Positions 43,352-53,651 of a DNA stretch of 64,000 nucleotides are shown here, piece by piece (the first letter of the stretch is position 1; each line of letters begins with the position of its first letter). This DNA comes from an uncultured Dehalococcoidaceae bacterium (lineage in GTDB: Bacteria; Chloroflexota; Dehalococcoidia; Dehalococcoidales; RBG-16-60-22). The stretch is from NCBI GenBank assembly GCA_964615345.1, contig CAZTMR010000002.1:17428-81427 (forward strand), written 5' to 3'. A model generated the notes under the pieces. It was not told where the DNA came from. It did no database searches and saw only the letters and a program-made list of their open reading frames with translations. The translations under genes were made by a program, and so were the position numbers.

Positions 43352-45409
43352 TCAATTTGCCAGCAGCTCGGCGATATCCATCACTTTTACCTTCTCTTCC
43401 ACTTCTTCCAGCTTGAGCCCGTCCTCGAACATCTGCAGGCAGTAGGGACAGGCGGTAGCCACCGTTCCGGCGTTCACCGCCATCGCCTGCTCCGCCCTCA
43501 TTTCGTTAATGCGCCGCCCTCTCTTCTGCTCTTCCAGCCAGAGGTGCCCCCCGCCCGCTCCGCAGCAGAAACCGCGCTCCCGGTTCTTTTCCATCTCCGC
43601 CAGTTTGACACCGGGCATACTGCCCAGCAACCGGCGCGGCGCATCGTAAATATCGTTGTATCGGCCCAGGTAGCAGGAGTCATGGTAGGTCACCACCCCC
43701 CCGGCAATACCTTTTCCGGCTTCCAGCCTGCCCTCCTGCATCAGGTCGGCAATAAACCCGGTGTGATGACTGACCTCGAAGTTCCCGCCGAATTGCGGGT
43801 ACTCGTGCTTCAGGGTGTTGAAACAGTGCGGACAGCCGGTGACAATATTCTTCACGCCGTAGTTCTTAAGCAGGTCAATGTTCGTCTCCGCCTGGATTTG
43901 AAAGAGGTACTCGTTGCCCAGCCGGCGGGCGGGGTCGCCGCAGCAGGTCTCTTCTACACCCAGTATGCCGAAGTTTACCCCCGCCTCCGCCAGCAGCCGG
44001 GCAATCGCCCGTGCCACCCGCGTGCTGCGCTCTTCCAGTGCTTCCGTACAGCCCACCCAGAACAATACATCTACATCACCCGCATCGGCTAAAGTCTTTA
44101 TCTCCAGCCCTTCCGTCCAGTCAGTCCGGGCCAGCGTGGTGCCGCGCCACGGATGCCCCCGCGCCTCGATGCTTTTCAGCGCTCCTTCGCCGGTCTCCGG
44201 AATGGACGCCCGTTCCATCACCAGGCTCCGCCTCATCTCCACTACCTTGGTCATCGGCTCGATGCTCACCGGACAGGCCTGGTGGCAGGCAAAGCAGGCG
44301 GTGCAGTTCCAGATCTCGTCTTCGCCGATTACTTCGCCGGGCAGCGCCCGCTCGGCCGCCTCTCCGTTTCCCCTGAGCAGCGCCGGCGCCCGCTCCAGCC
44401 AGTTCCCTTTCAGGTCCTGAATGATTTTCTTCGGGCTTAAGGGTTTGCCGCTGAGGTAGGCGGGACAGCTGTCCTGGCAGCGCCCGCACCGGGTGCAGGC
44501 GTCCAGGTCAAGCAGGTGCTTCCAGGCAAAGTCTTCAATTCTGGACGCCCCGAAGCTCTCCGCAACCTCCAGGTCGATTGGCACCAGTACTCCCTTCGGC
44601 TCCAGCGATTTGAAATAAACGTTCACCGTGGAGACGATGATATGCCACAGGCGGTTCCAGTACAGGGATACGTAAATAATGGCCCCGATGGAGAGGAGGG
44701 AATGCAGCCACCAGGTAACCCGGTGTCCGGCGAGCAGGCCGGCCTGGCTGAGTCCGCTCAACCCCCGCGCCAGGACGTAGCCGCCGGGCGACCACGGCGC
44801 CCAGCCCGGGTTGGTCTGCAGCTCAGTGGCGGCGATGCGGAAACCCTCCACGATGAATCCGGTAAGCACCACCGTGAAAATGAGCAGCAGGGCCACCAGG
44901 TCCTCGGTCTTACTGTCCAGCCGTTCCGGCCTCTGCCCGTAGCGGCGGTGCACCGCCAGTATCACCGCGATAAGCACCAGGACGCCGAAAACGTCCACCA
45001 CCGCCGAGTAAGCGAGGTAAACTCCGCCTTCCAGGAAGTGAAAGAAGTAATGGCTGACGGCGTCCAGGAAAGAGGCCAGCAAGAATATAATGCATCCGGC
45101 GAAAATCAGGAAATGGATGACACCGGGATAAAACTCCCGGGCGCGCAGGTCTCCGGCGGAAAAGCGCCGGTGGCTCAGGCCGTCAGCGATGCCAACGAAG
45201 CGGCGGTGGGTGAGCAAATCGATGACGCTGACGGCAAAGGCGCGTATTCTCTGCCAGGAGAAGGCGACGCGGCTGTCCGTCCGGCCCACCCGCCACAGCC
45301 TCACGCGCCGGTACAGCGCGTAAACAAAAACGCCGAGAGCGATTACCCCCAGCGCGTAGATGACTTCACCGTACCGGATGTTCCAGAAAATCTCTCGCGA
45401 TGCTTCCAT
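43352..45409 (-). CDS. Membrane-bound Fe-S oxidoreductase: NarI/DsrM-like N-terminal membrane domain fused to an HdrD/DsrK-like (2x[4Fe-4S] + CCG) domain
   Basis: 5-6 N-terminal TM helices with conserved His. Ferredoxin motifs 'CTRCGRCQDSCP' and 'CTACFACHQACP'. CCG motifs 'ETCCGDP' and 'GFCCGAGGG'. Confidence 0.8.
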   Translation of the reverse strand: MEASREIFWNIRYGEVIYALGVIALGVFVYALYRRVRLWRVGRTDSRVAFSWQRIRAFAVSVIDLLTHRRFVGIADGLSHRRFSAGDLRAREFYPGVIHFLIFAGCIIFLLASFLDAVSHYFFHFLEGGVYLAYSAVVDVFGVLVLIAVILAVHRRYGQRPERLDSKTEDLVALLLIFTVVLTGFIVEGFRIAATELQTNPGWAPWSPGGYVLARGLSGLSQAGLLAGHRVTWWLHSLLSIGAIIYVSLYWNRLWHIIVSTVNVYFKSLEPKGVLVPIDLEVAESFGASRIEDFAWKHLLDLDACTRCGRCQDSCPAYLSGKPLSPKKIIQDLKGNWLERAPALLRGNGEAAERALPGEVIGEDEIWNCTACFACHQACPVSIEPMTKVVEMRRSLVMERASIPETGEGALKSIEARGHPWRGTTLARTDWTEGLEIKTLADAGDVDVLFWVGCTEALEERSTRVARAIARLLAEAGVNFGILGVEETCCGDPARRLGNEYLFQIQAETNIDLLKNYGVKNIVTGCPHCFNTLKHEYPQFGGNFEVSHHTGFIADLMQEGRLEAGKGIAGGVVTYHDSCYLGRYNDIYDAPRRLLGSMPGVKLAEMEKNRERGFCCGAGGGHLWLEEQKRGRRINEMRAEQAMAVNAGTVATACPYCLQMFEDGLKLEEVEEKVKVMDIAELLAN

Positions 45410-45445
45410 ATCAGCGCTCCATCTCTCCGGCTTTTCCCCGCTCTT

Positions 45446-45940
45446 TTAACGGAGACGGGTCACGGCGACGTATATGCCCAGCCCCACCGCCAGCAGGTCA
45501 AGGACGATCCGGAACACGCCGAAAGGTATCCCCCCGAACCAAATGCCAAACCCAATGCTCACCAGATAGCTCAGCGCCACTCCCAGGCTGGCCACCGCTG
45601 CCAACCCTCGGCCGCGCTTGCGGTTAACCGCCAGTCCCACCACTTCAGCGATGGCGTAACCGACGGCCGGCCCAAGCAGGATACTGAAGAAAAAGAAGGG
45701 AATGACCCCACGCAGCACCCCCCACAGAACCCCGGTCGCCGCTGCCATCCCCAGTGCGGTGCCAACCGCTCTCAAATAATAAGGCAGGGGAACGCGGTAG
45801 GTGGGCAGCTTGTAGAGCCGGGCACACTGCGGGCACCTGGCCCCCACCGGCGTCTGCACCATGCACCTAGGGCAGATAGGTTTGCCGCACTTGCCGCAGC
45901 GCAGGTTGGTTTCCACCTCAGGATGAGCCGCGCATTTCAT
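45446..45940 (-). CDS. B-box-type zinc-finger membrane protein
   Basis: 'CAAHPEVETNLRCGKCGKPICPRCMVQTPVGARCPQC' followed by 4 TM helices. Confidence 0.65.
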   Translation of the reverse strand: MKCAAHPEVETNLRCGKCGKPICPRCMVQTPVGARCPQCARLYKLPTYRVPLPYYLRAVGTALGMAAATGVLWGVLRGVIPFFFFSILLGPAVGYAIAEVVGLAVNRKRGRGLAAVASLGVALSYLVSIGFGIWFGGIPFGVFRIVLDLLAVGLGIYVAVTRLR

Positions 45941-45945
45941 TCAGG

Positions 45946-46650
45946 CTATCTCTCCCGCCCCGGTCCGCCCGGCGGGCCCGTTTTTACCGGCCGGCGGTAC
46001 ATCCAGGCTTTCCGGTCTCCAATATCCCGGTCGAAAAGCAACCGGTTCAATAACAGCCGTCTCCGGCTGACCGTCTCCACCGGGTTGGGTGCCGTCAGCC
46101 GCTTGACCACAATCACCAGGAAAACGGCCAGGAAACTCAAAACTACCGTCACCGGTTCTCCGAAGCGCCAGCTCACCAGCGGCAGTGCCGCCGTGCCAAT
46201 AAGCACCGACACCGGGGAACTGCGCATGATAACCGAGCCGGTGAGCAGGATGAGAACAAAAATTACCGCCGGCCACGGGGTCATCCGGTTCAGTACCGGG
46301 AGTACCGCCACCACTCCGGCGGTGGTGGCGAAGCCTCTCCCTCCCTGGAAGCGGAGGAAAAGCGACCAGTTATGCCCGACGATGGCGCCCAGCCCCACCA
46401 TTATCTGCTGGGCGACGCTCAAACCGACCATTTCCGCTATCCAGACCATCAGGATTCCCTTGCCGAAATCGAAAGCGCCTACCGGCAGGCCGAGGCGCCA
46501 GGAAGTCATCCGCCACAGGTTCCCGCCTCCCACCTGACCGGTACCGTATTCCCGCAGGTCCAGCCCGCGGAACCATCTGGCAACCAGGTAAGACATGGGC
46601 AGCGAGCCCAGCACGTAGGCAACAATTATCAGTCCAATCCAGACCGCCAT
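45946..46650 (-). CDS. plsY: Glycerol-3-phosphate acyltransferase PlsY family (divergent)
   Basis: 'GSLPMSYLVARWF...DLREYGTGQVGGGN', 'DFGKG', 'GHNWSLFLRFQGGRGFATTAGV' is collinear with PlsY motifs, but motif 1 is atypical. Confidence 0.7.
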   Translation of the reverse strand: MAVWIGLIIVAYVLGSLPMSYLVARWFRGLDLREYGTGQVGGGNLWRMTSWRLGLPVGAFDFGKGILMVWIAEMVGLSVAQQIMVGLGAIVGHNWSLFLRFQGGRGFATTAGVVAVLPVLNRMTPWPAVIFVLILLTGSVIMRSSPVSVLIGTAALPLVSWRFGEPVTVVLSFLAVFLVIVVKRLTAPNPVETVSRRRLLLNRLLFDRDIGDRKAWMYRRPVKTGPPGGPGRER

Positions 46651-47526
46651 TTACTCTCCCCGGCGGCAGCCGTTTCCGGCGCCGCGTGTTTTCAGTCCGC
46701 TGCGTTCCGCCAGTTGCAGCAGGCCGTCCACCGCTTCCGCGGGCACGTCCGCATCTCCCATCATCACTTCGGCCTCGTCATCCAGACCGTGGTAATCGGT
46801 GCCGCCGGTGGTAATCAGATGGTACTTATCCGCCAGCTCCAGCAGGCGGTCTCTTTCTTCCAGCGAATAGTCTTTGTAATAGGCCTCGATACCCAGCAGC
46901 CCGGCCGCTTTGAGTTCGGCAATCATCGCTTCCGCGTCCGGTACGGTGAACGGGTGCGCCATCACCGGCAGGCCGTTACTGCGCGCCACCAGCCGCACCG
47001 CCTCGGCAGGGGTCATTTTCTCCCGCTCCACGTAAGCCGGCCCCTCGCGGGCAATGTACTTATCGAAAGCCTCTTTTATCGATTCGATATAGCCCTTTTC
47101 CAGCATCGCCCGGGCAACGTGGGGGCGCCCCACCGCACCGCCTCCGGCCAGCTCCTTCACCCGGCACCACTCGATTTTTATCCCCAGCGCCGCCAGCTTG
47201 TCAATCATCCCTTTTGCCCGGTCTTCCCGGGAACTGCGGAAACGGGCCAGGGCCGCTTTGAGCTCCTTGCGGGTATAATCGATAAAATAACCCAGGACGT
47301 GCACCTCACCCCGGGGGACGTCAGTGCTTACTTCCACGCCGGGTATCACCATCAGTCCGGGGTAGTCTCTGGCTGCCGCCAGGGCCGGCGCGATTCCATC
47401 CACCGAGTCATGGTCGGTGATGCTGATAACCCGCAGGCCACGTTCCGCCGCCCGGCGCACCACCTCCTCCGGAGAGTAGCGCCCGTCAGAAGCCGTGGTG
47501 TGCAGGTGCAGGTCCACCTGGCTCAC
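46651..47526 (-). CDS. PHP-domain metal-dependent phosphoesterase
   Basis: 'VDLHLHTTASDG', 'ISITDHDS', 'MAHP', 'TGGTDYHG'. Confidence 0.85.
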   Translation of the reverse strand: MSQVDLHLHTTASDGRYSPEEVVRRAAERGLRVISITDHDSVDGIAPALAAARDYPGLMVIPGVEVSTDVPRGEVHVLGYFIDYTRKELKAALARFRSSREDRAKGMIDKLAALGIKIEWCRVKELAGGGAVGRPHVARAMLEKGYIESIKEAFDKYIAREGPAYVEREKMTPAEAVRLVARSNGLPVMAHPFTVPDAEAMIAELKAAGLLGIEAYYKDYSLEERDRLLELADKYHLITTGGTDYHGLDDEAEVMMGDADVPAEAVDGLLQLAERSGLKTRGAGNGCRRGE

Positions 47527-48296
47527 CGTGCTTCCGCCTCCCGGCAGACGCGCTCGATTCTGACCGCCTGCCCGCCACGATCACCCGTCTCGACCATAAT
47601 CGCGTTCAGCATCGGCGTACCTTCGCCCACGGAAAGCCGGTGGGGCATACCGGTCAGAAAGCGTTCCAGGACCGATTCCACTTTGTCCCCGATAATCGAG
47701 TCCGTGGGGCCGGCCATGCCGATATCCGTCACGTAAGCCGTCCCCCGCGGCAGTATCTGGGTATCTATGGTGCCCACGTGGGTATGGGTGCCGAGCACGG
47801 CGCTGACCCGGCCGTCCAGGTAGCGCCCCATGGCCACTTTTTCCGAGGTGGCCTCGGCGTGAAAGTCAACGATAATCACCGGCGGTTTCTTTTCCGCACC
47901 CTTCAGCAACCGGTCCATCGCCTGAAAGGGGCAGTCTAGCTCGCGCATAAAAGTCCGCCCGATCACGTTGACCACCATTACCTCTCCGGTAATCAGGTAG
48001 CCCCGCCCCGGCACTCCCGGCGGATAGTTCAGCGGGCGCAGAATAGGTAACTCTCCATCCAGGTGGGGGATAATCTCGTTCTGGGCCCAGATATGATTTC
48101 CCGAAGTCAGCACGTCAACGCCGCCATCCAGCAGCTCCCGGGCAATGGCCGAAGTCAGGCCAAAGCCTCCCGCAGCGTTTTCCGCGTTGGCGATAACCAT
48201 ATCCAGGCCGTACTGCCGGCGCAGGCCCGCAACAAACTGGCGCACTGCCTGCCTTCCCGGCCGGCCGATGATATCGCCGATTACCAGAATCCGCAT
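47523..48296 (-). CDS. ymdB: YmdB-like metallophosphoesterase (2',3'-cyclic-nucleotide phosphodiesterase family)
   Basis: 'MRILVIGDIIGRPGR', 'NAENAAGGFG', 'TSGNHIW', 'DFHAEATSEK', 'GTHTHV'; downstream of rny as in Firmicutes. Confidence 0.85.
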   Translation of the reverse strand: MRILVIGDIIGRPGRQAVRQFVAGLRRQYGLDMVIANAENAAGGFGLTSAIARELLDGGVDVLTSGNHIWAQNEIIPHLDGELPILRPLNYPPGVPGRGYLITGEVMVVNVIGRTFMRELDCPFQAMDRLLKGAEKKPPVIIVDFHAEATSEKVAMGRYLDGRVSAVLGTHTHVGTIDTQILPRGTAYVTDIGMAGPTDSIIGDKVESVLERFLTGMPHRLSVGEGTPMLNAIMVETGDRGGQAVRIERVCREAEAR

Positions 48297-48326
48297 CTTT
48301 TCTCCTTGTCCGGGATACCTTCACGC

Positions 48327-49868
48327 TTACTTCGCGTATTCTACGGCGCGGGTCTCCCTGAGTACGGTGACCTTTATCTGTCCCGGGTACTCCATTCCCT
48401 CTTCTATCTTCTTGACGATATCCCGGGCCAGTCTCATTGCGGCCAGGTCATCCACCTCTTCCGGCTTGACCAGTATGCGTATCTCGCGGCCGGCCTGGAT
48501 GGCAAAGGACTTTTCCACTCCCTTGAAATTGTTGGCGATGTCTTCCAGCGCCGTCATCCGTTTCAGGTAGTTCTCCAGTGACTCCCGCCGCGCTCCCGGC
48601 CGGGCGCTGCTGATGGCGTCCGCCGCCGAGACGATAAATCCCCAGATGGTGGTGTCTTCCGTCTCGAGGTGGTGTTCGGCGATACCTCTCACCACTTCGC
48701 TCGATTTATCCCATTGCTTTACCAGGTCCGCACCGATGGCGGCATGGGTACCTTCCACTTCCCGGTCCACCGCTTTGCCCACATCGTGGAGCAGACCGGC
48801 TCTCTTGGCCAGGTCCACGTTTATCCCCAGCTCGGAGGCGAGCATCCCGGCCATATAGGCCGTCTCGATGCTGTGGGTCAGGTTGTTCTGGCCGTAACTG
48901 GTGCGGTATTTCAATCTCCCGAGCAACCTGATTAGCTCCGGACGCAGTCCGTGCACCCCGGTCTGGTAGGCCGCCTGCTCGCCGGCGCTGTAAATGGTGG
49001 CTTCCACTTCTTCCTTCGCTTTGTTGACCACTTCCTCGATGCGCGCCGGGTGGATGCGGCCGTCCAGGATGAGCTTGCTCAGCGCCACGCGGGCTATTTC
49101 CCGCCGCACCGGGTCAAAGCTGGACAGGGTCACCGCTTCCGGAGTATCGTCGATAATCAGGTCCACCCCGGTGGCCTGCTCCAGCGCCCGGATATTGCGC
49201 CCCTCGCGGCCGATGAGTCTCCCTTTCATTTCATCGGAGGGCAGGGGCACCACGGAGACCGTGGTCTCCGCCACCACCTCCGAGGCGCTGCGCTGTATCG
49301 CCCGGGAAAGAATCTCCTGGGACCTCTGGTCAGCTTCTTCCTTCAGCTTGTTTTCCCATTCCCACAGCCGCCGTGACGTCTCCTGGCGCATCTCCATTTC
49401 CATCGCTTCCACCAGTTGCGCCCTCGCTTCGTCACTGGACAGTCCGGAAATAAGCTCCAGCTGCTGCAGCTGCTTGTTTTTCAGCTCGCCCACCTGGTTC
49501 CGGATGGACTCGATTTCCCGCTCCTTGTTGACTATGCCCCGCTCCCGCTGCTCCACCCCCTCCAGCTTGCGCTCCAGCGTCTCCGTTTTCTGCAGCAGCC
49601 GGTTTTCCAGCCGCTGCACCTCGGAACGGCGCTCGCGGTACTCATTGTCCGCCGTGGCCTTGATTTTCCTGGCCTCTTCCTGGGCCTCATTCGTTATCCC
49701 CCTGGCTTCCTCCCTGGTCTCTGCCAATATCTTGGCCGCTTTCCGCTCGGCGATGCGTATCTGCCGGTTGAACATAAGCCGCCGGGAAAGGAAGGCCGCC
49801 ATACCGCCGAAGACCACCCCGATAATGAAGCTAAAAAATATTGCCAGTAGGGCTATGCCAACAGTCAC
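48327..49868 (-). CDS. rny: Ribonuclease Y
   Basis: N-terminal TM anchor, coiled coil, KH '[15 protein letters not shown]', HD '[10 protein letters not shown]'. Confidence 0.95.
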   Translation of the reverse strand: MTVGIALLAIFFSFIIGVVFGGMAAFLSRRLMFNRQIRIAERKAAKILAETREEARGITNEAQEEARKIKATADNEYRERRSEVQRLENRLLQKTETLERKLEGVEQRERGIVNKEREIESIRNQVGELKNKQLQQLELISGLSSDEARAQLVEAMEMEMRQETSRRLWEWENKLKEEADQRSQEILSRAIQRSASEVVAETTVSVVPLPSDEMKGRLIGREGRNIRALEQATGVDLIIDDTPEAVTLSSFDPVRREIARVALSKLILDGRIHPARIEEVVNKAKEEVEATIYSAGEQAAYQTGVHGLRPELIRLLGRLKYRTSYGQNNLTHSIETAYMAGMLASELGINVDLAKRAGLLHDVGKAVDREVEGTHAAIGADLVKQWDKSSEVVRGIAEHHLETEDTTIWGFIVSAADAISSARPGARRESLENYLKRMTALEDIANNFKGVEKSFAIQAGREIRILVKPEEVDDLAAMRLARDIVKKIEEGMEYPGQIKVTVLRETRAVEYAK

Positions 49869-50554
49869 CTTTCACCCCCTTTTTCTACAGGGAATCTTTT
49901 TTCGGGAACGCCGGGAATTTTTTCCGCGCCGTTTCCCGGTTCCTGCCATATTCGTTCTACGGTGCTTTTTATCACCTCGTAACCAAAGCCGCGCCGTCTC
50001 AGGTACCCGGCCATTCTGCGGCGGAAGCTTTCGTAGTCAGTCCGGGGCCACCGCCGCGCCCGGCCCACCGCGGCGCGATAGGCGCTCTCCGCATCGTCAC
50101 GGTCATCAACCATCCGGTCGATGACCTCTCCCGCCACTCCTTTTCGCCTCAGCTCCTGGCCGGTCAGCCGCCGGCTCCGCGGGCTGAATGATTCGCGGTT
50201 TTCCACCCAGAAACGGGCAAAAGCCTCGTCATCCACCAGCCCCTGCTCCTTCAACCGGTCAATCACGGCGCTGACGTGCTCATCAGCAAAGCCGCGCCGC
50301 TGTAACCGGTCTCTCACTTCAGATTCGCTCCGGGGGCGGTAGGCCAGATAGCGCAGCGCCGCCTCCCGGCACCGCCGGAAGTCCTCCGCTGCCAGCAAGC
50401 CGCTAACCCGGTCACCGGACAGCTCATCGCCAACGCGCAGGCCTTCTTGCCAAACCGTCTCCGCACCCAGGCTGAAACCGAAGCTGCCGTCCAGGTAAAC
50501 GTTCATCCGCTTTTCTTTACTTCGCCCTTTCCTGAGGGCGGTTATCTTCGACAT
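49865..50554 (-). CDS. recX: Recombination regulator RecX
   Basis: '[19 protein letters not shown]', three helical repeats; immediately downstream of recA. ATG 50554 has a GGGAG SD. Confidence 0.85.
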   Translation of the reverse strand: MSKITALRKGRSKEKRMNVYLDGSFGFSLGAETVWQEGLRVGDELSGDRVSGLLAAEDFRRCREAALRYLAYRPRSESEVRDRLQRRGFADEHVSAVIDRLKEQGLVDDEAFARFWVENRESFSPRSRRLTGQELRRKGVAGEVIDRMVDDRDDAESAYRAAVGRARRWPRTDYESFRRRMAGYLRRRGFGYEVIKSTVERIWQEPGNGAEKIPGVPEKRFPVEKGGER

Positions 50555-50570
50555 CGGCGGCTCCCACCCC

Positions 50571-50603
50571 AAACAAATAAGGCTAGAGCTATGCCCCAGC
50601 CTT
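50571..50603 (-). terminator. Possible partial terminator/attenuator between recA and recX
   Basis: Minus strand reads AAGGCT, 13-nt loop, AGCCTT, followed by ATTTGTTT. Confidence 0.35.
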
Positions 50604-50643
50604 AAAAACCATCGCTTTATTCGGTTGTCCGTACCGGGTGCCC

Positions 50644-51657
50644 TTAACTGACGGGCGCCTTCTCCCGGCTGATACCGGCTGAGGCTTTGATTCTCTCTTC
50701 AATTTCTCCGGCGAGTTCAGGGTTTTGCGCCAGGTATTCCTTGGCGTTCTCCCTGCCCTGCCCCAGGCGGATTTCACCGTAAGAGAGAAAGGCTCCAGCC
50801 TTCTTGATTATTTCATATTCCACGCCCAGGTCAATCAGGTTCCCCGCCCGGCTGATGCCATGGTCGAACATAATGTCGAATTCCGCGGTCCGGAACGGAG
50901 GAGCAACCTTGTTTTTGACGACCCGCGCTTTCACCCGGCTGCCTATGGCCGAATTTCCCTGCTTGATGGTTTCCGCACGCCTTAAATCAATCCTTACCGA
51001 GCTGTAAAATTTAAGCGCCCGGCCCCCCGGTGTCACCTCCGGATTACCGAAGACGATACCCACTTTCTCCCGGAGCTGGTTGATGAATATTGCCGCCGTT
51101 CCGGACCGGCTGATGGCCGCCGCCAGCTTGCGCAGGGCCTGCGACATCAGACGGGCCTGCAGACCGACGTGAGCGTCACCCATTTCTCCTTCAATCTCCG
51201 CCCGCGGCACCAGGGCCGCCACGCTGTCCACCACCACCACGTCCACCGCCCCGCTCCGGACCAGGGCTTCCGTTATCTCCAGGGCCTGTTCCCCGGTGTC
51301 CGGTTGAGAAATGAGCAAATCGTCCACGTTTACGCCGCACCTCGCCGCGTAGGAAGGGTCCAGGGCGTGCTCTACATCGATATAGGCAACCGTACCTCCT
51401 TGTTTTTGCGCTTCAGCGATTATGTGCTGCCCCAGCGTGGTCTTCCCGGATGATTCCGGGCCGAATATTTCCGTGATTCTCCCCCGCGGGACGCCACCCA
51501 CACCCAGGGCAATGTCCATCGCCAGGGAACCGCTGGGAATCGCCGCCAGCTCTTCATTAGCGACGGATTCTCCCAGCTTCATGATGGAGCCTTTACCAAA
51601 ACGTTTTTCGATTTGGCCAATCGCCAGTTCCAGCGCCTTATCTCTCTCCGTGGTCAT
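50644..51657 (-). CDS. recA: Recombinase RecA
   Basis: '[23 protein letters not shown]', Walker A 'GPESSGKTT', 'VVVDSVAAL'. ATG 51657 chosen by similarity to canonical RecA N-termini. Confidence 0.95.
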   Translation of the reverse strand: MTTERDKALELAIGQIEKRFGKGSIMKLGESVANEELAAIPSGSLAMDIALGVGGVPRGRITEIFGPESSGKTTLGQHIIAEAQKQGGTVAYIDVEHALDPSYAARCGVNVDDLLISQPDTGEQALEITEALVRSGAVDVVVVDSVAALVPRAEIEGEMGDAHVGLQARLMSQALRKLAAAISRSGTAAIFINQLREKVGIVFGNPEVTPGGRALKFYSSVRIDLRRAETIKQGNSAIGSRVKARVVKNKVAPPFRTAEFDIMFDHGISRAGNLIDLGVEYEIIKKAGAFLSYGEIRLGQGRENAKEYLAQNPELAGEIEERIKASAGISREKAPVS

Positions 51658-51764
51658 TATCCACCTTACCCGCATAATATCACAATCACTTTATGAAAAA
51701 CAAGAAAAAGCGGACAAAATGACTTATTTTTCTTCCCGCCAGTCAGGCCTGGACCCCAGCTGAT

Positions 51765-51793
51765 TTGACGCTCCCGCCCCCATCCTGTATAGT
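51765..51793 (+). promoter_or_regulatory. Putative promoter of the HAD phosphatase gene
   Basis: TTGACG (51765-70), 17 nt, TATAGT (51788-93). Confidence 0.5.
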
Positions 51794-51857
51794 GAAATTA
51801 GAGCCGTTATTGCCGGTTATCCGCCTCAACCGCGGCAGACGGGAAGAAACCGTTTCC

Positions 51858-52523
51858 ATGCCAGCAAGTAACAACAAGACCATAATCCAGTGCGACTTCG
51901 ACAGCACCATCGCTGCCGAAGACGTCAGCTTTATGATTCTTGACTCCTTTGCCGACAGCTCCTGGAGAAAATACCTTGCCGAATACCGGAGCGGCCGGAT
52001 ACCGGTTGGTGTCTTCAACAGCCAGTGCTTCACCATGGTCAAAGCCGATGAGAAGACCCTGCTGAACCATATTCTGGTGCGAAACGGAATATCGATACGC
52101 CCCGGCTTTGTCGAGCTGCTCGACTACTGCGCGCAGAACGGCTTCGAGTTTGTCATCGTCAGCAATGGTCTGAGCTTCTACATCAAGGCCATTCTGAAAA
52201 AAGCCGGGCTGGAAAACATAGAGGTACATGCCGCGGAGACGGAGTTCGGTCCCGGCGGGCTCAAGGTGCGCTACGTCAGCCCGGACGGGAAGGAAATGCA
52301 GGACGGCTTCAAAAAGGCCTATACCGAGCTGTTTCTGAGCCGCGGCTACCGGGTTATCTACATCGGTGATGGCTACTCTGACATCATTCCCGCCACCCGT
52401 GCCCACCACATCTTCGCCCGGGATGACCTGCTTGCCCACTGCCGGAAAGAACGGGTCACCTGCCTTCCTTTTGATGACCTCAACGATGTGGTCAGGGGAC
52501 TGAAGCAGCTAACCAGCCGTTGA
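51858..52523 (+). CDS. HAD-IB phosphatase (MtnX / phosphoserine-phosphatase-like)
   Basis: 'IIQCDFDSTI' (DxDxT), 'VIVSNGLSFYI', 'IYIGDGYSDIIPA...FARD'. Start set at ATG 51858. Confidence 0.8.
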   Translation: MPASNNKTIIQCDFDSTIAAEDVSFMILDSFADSSWRKYLAEYRSGRIPVGVFNSQCFTMVKADEKTLLNHILVRNGISIRPGFVELLDYCAQNGFEFVIVSNGLSFYIKAILKKAGLENIEVHAAETEFGPGGLKVRYVSPDGKEMQDGFKKAYTELFLSRGYRVIYIGDGYSDIIPATRAHHIFARDDLLAHCRKERVTCLPFDDLNDVVRGLKQLTSR

Positions 52524-52532
52524 CCGTCTGCT

Positions 52533-53651
52533 CTACAGCTTTTCCGGGTTTATGCGGATAATCTGGTCATCGTCTCCGCGGGGAATGCCCCGGCCGTCCC
52601 GGTTGCTGGTGAGCAGATAAAGAAACCCGTCCGGCCCGGCCACCACCGCCCGCAGCCGGCCGAAGTTTTTCTCCAGATGCCGCCGCAGACTGACCTCACC
52701 GTCCGTTATCACTGCCTGAAACAGGCTCTGACTCCGCAGTCCGGCGAAGTACAGGGAACCACCGGCGAAAACCGCTCCGGAAGGCGCCCACGTCTGGCGG
52801 CCGCTGTGGAGAACCGGGGTTTCCATTCCGGGAGCCGTTTCCTCACCGCGGATAACCGGCCAGCCGTAGTTCCCGCCCGGCTGGATAAGGTTCAGCTCAT
52901 CGGTCGCCGCCGAACCGTGTTCGGTCGCCCACAGCCTGCCCTGACTGTCCCAAGCCAGACCCTGTGGATTGCGGTGGCCCAGAGAATAGACCGGCGAGCC
53001 GGGGAAGGGATTATCCGCCGGCACCGTGCCGTCATCATTCAGCCGCAGGATTTTCCCGGCCAGTGAGTCCGGGTCCTGGGCGGAGTCCGGCGTCCGGGCG
53101 TCACCGGTGGTGACGTAGAGCCGTCCCTGCGGGCCGAACTTTATCCGCCCCCCATCATGGTTGCCGGCGCCGGGGATACCGGAGATGATTGTTTCCGGAG
53201 CGGTCAGCGCCTGCCCCTCCATCCGGAACCGGACCACCCGGTTCCGCAGCGCGCCGTCTTCCCGGTAGGTGTAGTAGAGGTAGACCAGCCGGTTCTGCCC
53301 GAAATCCGGGTGCGCCGCGATACCGAGCAGGCCACCTTCACCGCGGTGGGTCACTTCCGTCAACACCAGAAGGGGCTCAGGGTTTAGCCCGTCCCGGGCA
53401 TCGATGATTCTCACTCTGCCCGGCCGTTCGGTGAAGATAATATCGCCTCCGGGCAGAAAGTCGAGGCCCCAGGGGATTTCCAGCCCCGCCGCTACGGAAA
53501 CGGCCATGGGCGCACCGGCGGTCGGTACTGCCGGCGGCAGGCCGGTCACCCGCTGCGCCCGGAAGTTCCACCAGAAAAGCCCGGCGAGGATGATAATCGC
53601 GGCGGCGATAACTCCGAAAATCACGGTCGTTTTCTTATCGAAACCGCTCAT
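52533..53651 (-). CDS. PQQ-dependent soluble sugar (aldose/sorbosone) dehydrogenase, YliI-like beta-propeller
   Basis: N-terminal TM/signal anchor; 'GGLLGIAAHPDF', 'HDGGRIKFGPQGRLYVTTGD', 'GHRNPQGLAWD', 'EHGSAATDELNLI..GGNYGWP'. Confidence 0.85.
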   Translation of the reverse strand: MSGFDKKTTVIFGVIAAAIIILAGLFWWNFRAQRVTGLPPAVPTAGAPMAVSVAAGLEIPWGLDFLPGGDIIFTERPGRVRIIDARDGLNPEPLLVLTEVTHRGEGGLLGIAAHPDFGQNRLVYLYYTYREDGALRNRVVRFRMEGQALTAPETIISGIPGAGNHDGGRIKFGPQGRLYVTTGDARTPDSAQDPDSLAGKILRLNDDGTVPADNPFPGSPVYSLGHRNPQGLAWDSQGRLWATEHGSAATDELNLIQPGGNYGWPVIRGEETAPGMETPVLHSGRQTWAPSGAVFAGGSLYFAGLRSQSLFQAVITDGEVSLRRHLEKNFGRLRAVVAGPDGFLYLLTSNRDGRGIPRGDDDQIIRINPEKL

